Of a stretch of DNA of 64,000 nt, positions 53,617-64,000 are shown piece by piece. Position numbers and translations under genes: made by a program. Where the stretch lies: contig NW_026781896.1 in assembly GCF_031769215.1 (NCBI RefSeq), positions 1,240,001 through 1,304,000 of the forward strand, written 5' to 3'. The DNA comes from Ylistrum balloti (Eukaryota). The notes below the pieces were generated by a model. The model was not told the DNA's origin, did not search any database, and was given only the letters and a program-made list of their open reading frames with translations. How positions within the stretch are numbered: position 1 is the stretch's first letter; every line of letters begins with the position of its first letter.

Positions 53617-55094
53617 CTTAACCAGTCCACTTTGACAGCCCTGCACTAAACCAGTCCAATGTGACAGTCCTACCCTTAACCAGTCCAATGTGAAAGTCCT
53701 ACCCTTGACCAGTCCACTGGGACAATCCTACCCTTAACCAGTCCACTGTGACAGTCCTACACTTAACCAGTCCACTGTTACAGTCCTACATTTAACCAGT
53801 CCACTGTGACAGTCCTACCCTTAACCAGTCCAATGTGAAAGTCCTACCCTTGACCAGTCCACTGGGACAGTCCTTACCTTAACCAGTCCACTGTGACAGT
53901 CCTACACTTAACCAGTCCACTGTTACAGTCCTACATTTAACCAGTCCACTGTGACAGTCCTACACTTAACCAGTCCACTGTGACAGTCCTACCCTTAACC
54001 AGTCCACTGTGACAGTCCTACACTAAACCAGTCCACTGTGACAGTCCTACACTTAACCAGTCCACTGTGACAGTCCTACCCTTAACCAGTCCACTGTGAC
54101 AGTCCTACACTTAACCAGTCCACTGTGACAGTCCTACCCTTAACCAGTCCACTGTTACAGTCCTACATTTAACCAGTCCATTGTAACAGTCATACACTAA
54201 ACCAGTCCACTATGACAGTCCTACCCTTGACCAGTTCACTGTGACAGTCCGACACTAAACCAGTCCACTGTGACAGTCCTACACTTAACCAGTCCACTGT
54301 GACAGTCCTACACTTAACCAGTCCACTGTGACAGTTCTATCCTGAACCAATCCACTGTGACAGTCCTACCCTTGACCAGTTCACTGTGACAGTCCTACCC
54401 TTGACCAGTCCACTGGGACAGTTCTACCCTGAAGCAGTCCACTGTGACAGTTCTATCCTGAAGCAGTCCACTCTGACAGTCCTACCCTTGACCAGTTCAC
54501 TGTGACAGTCCTACCCTTAACCAGTTCACTGTGACAGTCCTACCCTTAACCAGTTCACTGTGACAGTCCTTCACTAAACCAGTCCATTGTAACAGTCATA
54601 CACTAAACCAGTCCACTGTGACAGTCCTACCCTTAACCAGTTCACTGTGACAGTCCTACACTTAACCAGTCCACTGTGACAGTCCTACCTTTAACCAGTC
54701 CACTGTGACAGTCCTACACTTAACCAGACCACTGTGACAGTCCTACCTTTAACCAGTCCACTGTGACAGTCCTACCTTTAACCAGTCCACTGTGACAGTC
54801 CGACACTAAACCAGTCCACTGTGACAGCCCGACACTAAACCAGTCCACTCTGACAGTCTGACACTAAACCAGTCCACTGTGACAGTCCTACACTTAACCA
54901 GTCCACTGTGACAGTCCTACACTTAACCAGTCCATTGTGATAGTCCTACACTTAACCAGTCCACTGTGACAGTCCTACACTAAACCAGTCCACTGTGACA
55001 GTCCTACCCTTAACCAGGCCACTGTGACAGTCCTACATTTAACCAGTCCACTGTTACAGTCCTACATTTAACCAGTCCATTGTGACAGTCCTAC
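53617..55094. repeat. Tandem array, 29-bp unit, about 51 copies
   Basis: Unit AACCAGTCCACTGTGACAGTCCTAC(A/C)CTT. Confidence 0.98.
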
Positions 55095-55217
55095 ATGTAT
55101 ATAACCATTACATGGTAATTTTACATGGTACTATCAAATCATAGTTTATATAGTTTCTTTTAAAGAAATACTTCACACAGATGGGTTGTTTTAGGATATT
55201 TGACATATAGAATTTAT

Positions 55218-55977
55218 TGGACATATAGAGACCTCACAATGATTGGTTGTTTTTGACTGTTGGACGTATAGATACCTCACAATGATTGGTTATTTTATAT
55301 TATTGGACATATAGAGACCTCACAATGATTGGTTGTTTTAGATGATTGGACATATAGAGACCTCACAATGATTGGTTGTTTTAGATTATTGGACATATAG
55401 ATACCTCACAATGACTGGTTGTTTTAGATTATTGGATATATAGAGACCTCACAATGATTGGTTGTTTTAGATGATTGGACATATAGAGACCTCACAATGA
55501 TTGGTTGTTTTAGATGATTGGACATATAGATACCTCACAATGATTGGTTGTTTTAGATGATTGGACATATAGAGACCCCCACAATGATTGGTTGTTTTAG
55601 ATGATTGGACATATAGAGACCTCACAATGATTGGTTGTTTTAGATTATTGGACATATAGATACCTCACAATGATTGGTCGTTTTAGATGATTGGACATAT
55701 AGATACCTCACAATGATTGGTTGTTTTAGATGATTGGACATATAGAGACCTCACAATGATTGGTTGTTTTAGATGATTGGACATATAGAGACCTCACAAT
55801 GATTGGTTGTTTTAGATTATTGGACATATAGAGACCTCACAATGATTGGTTGTTTTAGATTATTGGACATATAGAGACCTCACAATGATTGGTTGTTTTA
55901 GATTATTGGACATATAGAGACCTCACTCTGATTGGTTGTTTTAGATGATTGGACATATAGAGACCTCTCAATGATTG
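55218..55977. repeat. Tandem array, 43-bp unit, about 17-18 copies
   Basis: Unit TTGGACATATAGAGACCTCACAATGATTGGTTGTTTTAGATGA. Confidence 0.97.
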
Positions 55978-55989
55978 TAAAAACCCTTA

Positions 55990-56450
55990 TCACACATATG
56001 TTTGAATTTGAACAAACTTAGTAGCTCTTCATCCCAGCATGCTACTGGCACAATATCATGACTTTTGGCATTTAGTTACTAAGAAGTCATTTAGAGATTG
56101 TAACACATTTGACTCCTGTAATCTTGAAAGAAGGTCAAGATTCTTCATTTGAACAAACTTGATAGCCCTTCATCCCAGCATGCTACTGACACAATATCAT
56201 GGCCCTTGGTTATTGAGAAAAGGTCATTTTAAGATTTAAAGAGAGACATGTGACCTTGAAAATAGGTCAAGGTCATTAACTAGATCAAACTTGGTAGGCC
56301 TTCACCCCATCATACATCTGGCAAATACCATGACCCTGGGCTTTTGGGTTATTGAGCAGAAGTCAAAAATGTAAATTGTTTACGACATACGATGGACAAG
56401 GCATAACGAACATTGCCAGTCAAAAGATGATTGCAAAGTCTCAAGTGACC
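55990..56450 (+). mobile_element. HINE core repeats plus 3' tail, same family as 19280-20150
   Basis: About 3 copies of AAACTT(G/A)GTAGCCCTTCATCCCAGCATGCTAC...GTGACCTTGAAA.TAGGTCAAGGTCA, followed by an ACGA/GACG tail. Confidence 0.7.
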
Positions 56451-56559
56451 AAAATACAAATCTAACAAATTTTCCAAAGAAATGGGGTAGGTTGAAACAA
56501 ATGCCCCCAAAGTTCCTTTTGGATTGTGTACTTTGTTACCTGTAGGTAATGATGATAAA

Positions 56560-56990
56560 ATTGGAATATCATTTGTTTATGTAGGTATGTTTGATGTATA
56601 GTATGTATGCTTTGTATGGTATATATGTAACATATGATATGATACATGTACCTGTCATTTATGATATAACACAGTTTAACAGATGTATCATAAATATATG
56701 TTATATATGTATAAGGTATGCTATATGTATGACAAATCTAAGGTTTTTATGATAAATGTATGATATATGTATATAAGGTATGTTACATGTATGACTGATG
56801 TATTGTATGTGTAAGTGTATGTTACACATAATATATGTATATATGTATAGAGTATGCTATATGAATAACAGATCTATTGTGTTTGTGATAATTGTATGTT
56901 ATATATAATATCAGTGTAAAATATGTTAAATGTAAAACAAATGTATGGCATGTATGTTGTGTATAATATAAGTTTGCAACATATTAGGTA
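56560..56990. repeat. Low-complexity (TA/TG)-rich tract
   Basis: Degenerate TATG/TATA/TGTA repetition with almost no C. Confidence 0.7.
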
Positions 56991-57926
56991 TAAAGGTGGT
57001 AAACAGTCACTGTTTTGTACAATATGGCCAGGTCAAACACTGTTTATGCACATGTAACTTGAAAGTATGGACAATGTGAATGATGTGGAGAATGACAGCC
57101 CTCCTTTGAGAGGACAAGTTTTATAACATTGTGTCTATGTCTTGGTCAAAAAAACATTAACTTTGGACTTGAGGCACTTGACATGGAGAAATCAATGCCA
57201 TGTCTTATCATGTTATTTAAATTTCGTGGCAAACAAATTCCAGCTCATGAATCTGAAATAAGCTTCAAATGAAATATTGACTTATTTTTACAATATATGC
57301 ATAACTAGGATTGTACTTTTGTCACTTCATCATTGCCTAATGGGAACACCTTAACAAGTTTTAAAATGATTGTTTATATAAGCTGCCAACCTCGTCAAAT
57401 TGTACATCTTCCAGTAACACATTTGATGAGTTCAGTGTTGATACCTATAATGACGAATGACACATCAATAAGAGGTTCACCTGCACCCACAAACATCTAT
57501 AATAAAGAATAATAAGATTCAATTCCACAAATAATTTATCATCAATTTGAACAATTATATCACAACTTTCTGTCCTTGTTGATCAGTTTCAAAATTCACA
57601 AGGAGAAAAAAATAGATCATCAATGAAAATTGTTTTTACAAAGAAACAAAACAAAAGATTACAAATTCACTTTTAAATGTAACCTGACATCCCTAAAGTA
57701 TCTTGGTTCTCACCATCATATGACTGTAATCATAAGGCTCTATATGTTGGATCTTTTTCCTTTTTTCTTTTATTTGTCCTTATGTCATCTCTTTGTTTTT
57801 ATCCAATCAGTCCTAAAATTGGTCAACAAGAGACTACTGGGAAACCTAAATTTGAAATTAGATTCATCCTCTGTGTCTGAATTAGAAGCAGCAATAGCAA
57901 ACTTGTCAGTATCCATGCTGACTGCC

Positions 57927-58288
57927 TTTTGATCATATTGTTATCGATCATTCCTAAAATCTATCATGAATAATTAGAGGGCATCATGGGTAAATCACTA
58001 CATGAAATTTGAGAACCTTTTAATCATATTGTTATTGATCATTCCTAAAATCTATCATGAATAATTAGAGGGCATCATGGGTAAATCACTACATGAAATT
58101 TGAGAACCTTTTGATCATATTGTTATCGATCATTCCCAAAATCTATCATGAATTATTAGAGGGCATCATGGGTAAATCACTACATGAAATTTGAGAACCT
58201 TTTGATCATATTGTTATCGATCATTCCTAAAATCTATCATGAATAATTAGAGGGCATCATGGGTAAATCACTACATGAAATTTGAGAA
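57927..58288. repeat. Tandem array, ~91-bp unit, 4 copies
   Basis: Unit TTTTGATCATATTGTTATCGATCATTCCTAAAATCTATCATGAATAATTAGAGGGCATCATGGGTAAATCACTACATGAAATTTGAGAACC. Confidence 0.95.
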
Positions 58289-61200
58289 TGACTTATCCAG
58301 GAGTTGTCAAGGAAATAAAAAAATTTCAATTGTCTCAGATGAACAAGAAGGAAGTCTGAAAATGAGAAATAACAATACTTTAACATGCCGTAATTTGTGA
58401 TGGCAACCTGTCAGCCATATTTATCCCTCATCAGTAACAAAATCAAGCCATGAGCTCTACAACGAATCAAAAGAACTCTACAAAATTTAAGATATTTGAG
58501 AAAGATTCATCAAGTGATTCCAAGAAATACAGTGTTTTCAAGGATGGATGGATCCAGGACCATGGATGAAGGGTCATGATTTATAACCATCCACCCTTGC
58601 TATAAAGCCAAACATCATTATAAACTATATATACTTGTGTAAATTATTTTTCACCTTCATGCACTTTGTACATTACCATCATTGAACTTAAACTTTCACA
58701 CGGGGGCTATCTCATCATACACAACCCTTCGCCACCAACGTAGTTCCCAAAGGAGCATAACGTTCCAAAAAGGGGAGGTAGATGAAACTGATATAGATTA
58801 AGCAGAGCTACAATGTATAAGAATTATTGCCAGTAAGTATTGTTGAAATCAATTCAGTAGTTTAGGAGGAGTAGCGGCACTTCATTACATCTACAGTGAA
58901 TGTGGATTTGGGGATGTTAACAAGAGCAAGTGGGAAAAACACACAAAACCGCACAAACATAATACATGTACAACTGCACATAGTTTGATCAGGTTGTGCC
59001 TAAAATAAATTGGTTCATCAATTTCCCTAATTAAGGTCTAACAGCCTATGAATGTTTCTTAATGTAAAATAGTCCATCTGCGTGTTCAACCTTTCAAATT
59101 AGTGACTACAAAAACTTCCCACCATATGTCTGTTATTTGGGATTATAAAACAGTTTTTCGTATTTTTATTGTAATTGATTTGTTTGTTATGTATAGAACA
59201 TCTTGTTATATCAGTAAATCCCCTTAAATTGAGGAAATGGTTATTATCTTTTTGCCCAATTGATTATAAAACAAGAATATTCATTTCTTTCCAACGACTT
59301 CAGACTAACAAACAAATCTTAGTTATTTTTATGGATTGCAAATGGGCATTAGTTTTGTTTTACAATACGCCTCCACAGTTGTAACATCTGAATACTGATC
59401 ACCTAATAATAAATCTGTCCAAACTCCCACTACACTATCAAAATCTTGCCTGCGGTTGAGGATTGTTGGCGACAGTCAGCCGTGACTTCCCATCCTTAAA
59501 CACGGTACAATTTTATCAATGAAATTTGCGCACATGGATGACACAAGCTAACTTGCATGACAAATCAGCTGATATGTGAATGACAGGATTCTCTAACACC
59601 CTAAAACAAAGTATAGCACTTTGGGCTAGCTGGCCATTTAGAATAACCTCATCAAATGGTGAATTTCTACTTCCATTGTCAAACCTTTTAACCTTCTTTA
59701 CAGAGTTGATTCAAATGTATTCTGGTTAAAAAATAAACCTATCCTATGTGGAAACAGTTCAATTTGGAGCCTTCTGAAAGCTATCAAATAGCTTTAACCA
59801 ATCCTTCAGGCAGTTATCATATTTGGGTTTTACATGTATAATATCTCATCATTAGTGTAAAATCTTCTATGTAACTTGCTAATTTTCTAAAGATCACAAG
59901 ACCAGTGTTATAGAATTATTATAATATGATCACAAGACCACATCATATGATTGTCTCGGCAAAATAAATTTCACCTGGCCAGCAGAAAAACAAGTTTTGG
60001 TTTTTGTATTTTAATGATTATAAGCAGTACAATTTGTGATTGACATAATCTTACATCTAATATATCAATGTCATGTTATATTTATAAAACTAGTCTAAGA
60101 ATTTGATATTACACCAGCTTTTGGGCAAGTATATAAATCAAAAGAAACTTGCTAATTGAATTCAAAATAACATGGACATGAGGGTAAGATCTTCTTTGTA
60201 TCAGAGTGTCAGATAAAAAAAAATCAATGTAGACAGAGTCAGATAGGGAGAATTATCACATTAGACTTGGTGCGAGATACACGATTATTGTACCCTGGAC
60301 AGGTAAATCTACGCCCCTTTCCTCTATCATCAAAATTGAAGCTCGTCTTAATCAACAAGTTATTATAAATAGACATAAAATATCAAGAGTATGATTTTAT
60401 TTGATCTTTTCTTTGCATGCATGCTAGAATTATATTATGTGATAGATTTAATCACAATGCCTGTTTTTGTTTACACAGAATACCCTTTGTCTCACACTCA
60501 GACGAGGAAAACGGGATAAAGAAATGTAACAGTGACTCCCTTTATGGTGAAATGGGGATTGATTATTAAGCTTTCAAACACATGGGAAGACTTGTGTTTG
60601 ACAACTAAATATTCTCCGGTCAGAATGAGATCCCACTATCTCACCCAAAAGAGGGTGAAAGATTCTATTATACATGATCAGACAGAGTATGTCACATTGG
60701 AGAGGTTATCATACTGGACAGGATGTCAGATAGGAAAATCGACCATATTATGCAGGGTGTCAGCATATAAAGATGATCACACTGAACAGGGTGTCAGACG
60801 AGAAAAATGAGTATATTGGACAAGGTGACGGATAAGACATACACTAACAAAATCTCTTAGTCCATCACAGACGTTGGATGTTCTACAGAAAGGTTTCTAT
60901 TTAGTGACAGAAATGCTATCAATGTTCTAATTACTCAAGGCTTCATTCTTATATTGATCTAACACTATACAAAAATATTGTGATACACTCTTCAAAACAT
61001 GGGAGTCAGTCTAAATATACCAGTGATATATTTAATCAGTTCCAAAGAAAACCAATTATCTGTTTTCAGGTTTCCTGAAAGTGTCAATTTCAATTGATAC
61101 AGGGTTTCAAGGAAATCCTACTTTTTACAAAACAGAAGTCTGTAAATGTCAATTATCTACGACACAATTGATTTATAACTTTGTAAATGACACCTGGTCT

Positions 61201-61659
61201 TATTTAATGGTACAGATACCTTGCTAATATCTTTCATACTGATTCTGTTGTATTAATCAATTAATAACCTTTATCATGTACAGTTTAATGTTATACAGTT
61301 TATCACATAAGCTGCCTTTCTTCAGTGAATTTACAGATGTAATGTTTTTGTGTATAGGTCACCAGCGTAACATACCCTGGAGCATTTTTCATTGGTTGCA
61401 AAAGTCAGAAATCAATTATGATGCCATAATATTGGCGCAATAATACAGCTGTCTCTATTTAATTTTGCTCTCCACAATTTTACTTCCAGTAAAAAAACTA
61501 TCAAATATAACTGAGTTATATGATAAAAAGTATCATAGATTATGTTTTCATTTTGTATGAGATTTTATGAATCTCAGGATTGAACTTCAGCTTACTACGG
61601 TCTTTAGTGATTGTTAAGTACCTTGAGCCTTTAAAATTTGTTCATGGTCTTTGTCAAAA

Positions 61660-62000
61660 GCCTAAATCATAGAGTCTATAGGCACTTGTTCTGAACCTTA
61701 GAATACCAAAAGCCTAAAGCATAGAGCTAACAGCCATTTGTTCAGAGCTATGAAGAGCCTTAGGGATTTTTTCAGAGCCTTAAAACAGTCAAAAGCCTAC
61801 AGCCTATAGGCATTTGTTCAGAGCCTTAAAACTGTCAAAAGCCTACAGCCTATAGGCATTTGTTCAGAGCCTTAAAACTGTCAAAATCCTAGATCATAGA
61901 GCTTATAGGCATTTGTTAAGAGTCTTAAAATGCCAAAAACCTTCAGCCTATAGGCATTTGTTCAGACCCTTCAAACTGTCAAAAGCTTATAGCTTATATA
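61660..62000. repeat. Degenerate tandem array, ~46-bp unit
   Basis: Unit GCCTATAGGCATTTGTTCAGAGCCTTAAAACTGTCAAAAGCCTACA. It shares CAGAGCCTT...ACTGTC with the adjacent 54-bp array. Confidence 0.8.
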
Positions 62001-62335
62001 GTTACAAAAACCTTGTACCAAGAGTTTTAAGCAATTGTACATTGCCTTAATCTAGCAATTAAAACCTGAAGTAATTGTTGAGTGCCTTCAGAGACTGAAT
62101 ACCTGTATCTAGAACCTAGAGCCTAAATCATCTGTCCAGAGCCTACAAACTGTTGAAATACTAGCATCAAGGGCTTTTAAACATTTATTCAAAATTTTCC
62201 AAGACTTTTCATAGTCTAATCTAGAGTCCTAAATAGTTGTTTACAGATTTCAGAGACTGTCAAAATTTAGAGATTCTGGAGACATCAGAAATTGTTCATT
62301 TCTTTCTGATACTGTCTTCACAGCCTTTACTACTT

Positions 62336-63262
62336 TCTAGAACCATCAGTAATTGCAGAGCCTTCAGACACTGTCTAATCTTCAGTCTCTAGGACCATCA
62401 GTGATCGTCAGAGCCTTCAGACACTGTCTAAACTTCAGTCTCTAGAACCATCAGTGATTGCTCAGAGCCTTCAGAGACTGTCTAAACTTCAGTGTCTAGA
62501 ACCATCAGTGATTGCTCAGAGCCTTCAGAGACTGTCTAAACTTCAGTCTCTAGAACCATCAGTGATAGCTCAGAGCCTTTTGAGACTGTCTAATCTTCAG
62601 TCTCTAGGACCATCAGTGATCGTCAGAGCCTTCAGACACTGTCTAAACTTCAGCCTCTAGAACCATCAGTGATTGCAGAGCCTTCTGAGACTGTCTAAAC
62701 TTCAGTCTCTAGAACCATCAGTGATTGCTCAGAGCCTTCAGAGACTGTCTAAACTTCAGTCTCTAGGACCATCAGTGATCGTCAGAGCCTTCAGAGACTG
62801 TCTAAACTTCAGTCTCTAGAACCATCAGTGATTGCTCAGAGCCTTCAGAGACTGTCTAAACTTCAGTCTCTAGAACCATCAGTGATTGCAGAGCCTTCAG
62901 ACACTGTCTAATCTTCAGTCTCTAGGACCATCAGTGATCGTCAGAGCCTTCAGAGACTGTCTAAACTTCAGTCTCTAGAACCATCAGTGATTGCAGAGCA
63001 TTCAGACACTGTCTAATCTTCAGTCTCTAGGACCATCAGTGATCGTCAGAGCCTTCTGAGACTGTCTAAACTTCAGTGTCTAGAACCATCAGTGATTGCT
63101 CAGAGCCTTCAGAGACTGTCTAAACTTCAGTGTCTAGAACCATCAGTGATTGCTCAGAGCCTTCAGAGACTGTCTAAACTTCAGTCTCTAGAACCATCAG
63201 TGATTGCTCAGAGCCTTCAGAGCAGAGCCTGTATAAACTGCAGTCTCTAGAAACATCAGTAA
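62336..63262. repeat. Tandem array, 53-54-bp unit, about 17 copies
   Basis: Unit CAGAGCCTTCAGAGACTGTCTAAACTTCAGTCTCTAGAACCATCAGTGATTGCT. Confidence 0.97.
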
Positions 63263-64000
63263 ATTTTTTAAATATAAATCCATCCTAGAGTCTAGGTTCT
63301 ACTTGTCCATGGCCTTCTATCTATATTCCTAAGTTAAGCTATAAGTTGTACTTCAGTGCACTGGAATCAACATTATTTTCCCAAATGTCAGGGTTATAGC
63401 CTTAGGGTCAATTATAATGGAAATATTCAATTTGAAGACTTTTAATGGCCTAGGTTTTTATCATTACCATTTATTAATATATGAAGACCTTTAATAAAAC
63501 AGGATGTAAATTATCATCAGGAAGTAGCTTCCTTTCCGTGTTACTCAGACTGTCTCGCTGCAAAAAATATTAAATCATTGCCCTTAACAAACTGGTGTGA
63601 CAATCAATATGGTAAATAGAATTGAGTGCTCATTACATTGCCCGACCATTGAGTGCACACTGAATGTCATTCTTCTCTGTCATGTCTCTCTGATATAAAC
63701 AGGCAGACTTAAGTATGGTGCTGTCAGTAACATCATGTTCTACACCTTTACGGTCAGTCCTTAACTGTAAGATCTACTTCACTAGCACTATCTCCATTAA
63801 GTTGTGATCAATCAACTGTGCAATTGTGTCAATCACGTTTACTTCCTCAAATTTCCCGAAACACCAAATTGATGGGTTTTTCTTTTTCGGAAAACCAATC
63901 AACAACATACAATTCCTTCTATTTCATCTCCAACCTTGACCTTTATTTCTTCTAAATGATTCTCAAAAAGACAATTATCTCATTGTCATAGACAAAGAGA

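Noticed and set aside
60479-60570. Strong plus-strand acceptor with a 29-codon frame (and a similar 50-nt candidate at 63703-63752)
   Set aside because: Too short and without homology cues; such splice-like matches are expected by chance in AT-rich DNA.

Overview
AT-rich eukaryotic (metazoan) genomic DNA. The repeat families look bivalve/oyster-like (inference, not a database match). There is no CRISPR array, rRNA, bona fide tRNA or prokaryotic system. Well-supported coding content is all on the minus strand: (1) a single-ORF glycine-rich RRM protein (CIRBP/RBM3-like, 26965-27387) with an upstream cluster of ZNF143/ETS/E-box motifs; (2) two phase-compatible exons that join into one complete SRCR domain (21218-21368 and 18121-18293); (3) a signal-peptide plus MAM-like first exon (34262-34487). 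If (2) and (3) are one gene, the RRM gene is nested in its intron on the same strand. The rest is intron/intergenic sequence with about 15 unrelated tandem arrays (roughly 12-13 kb, about 20% of the window), several Helentron-type non-autonomous elements (HINE/Pearl-like), tRNA-derived SINEs, two small MITEs, and decayed pogo/Tigger, Tc1 and CR1-like LINE relics. Most ORFs in the supplied track are by-products of repeats. I did not find convincing evidence of a new biological system. The most interesting observations are the same-strand nested gene, the hairpin- and TF-motif-bearing minisatellites, and a minisatellite that arose inside a LINE ORF.
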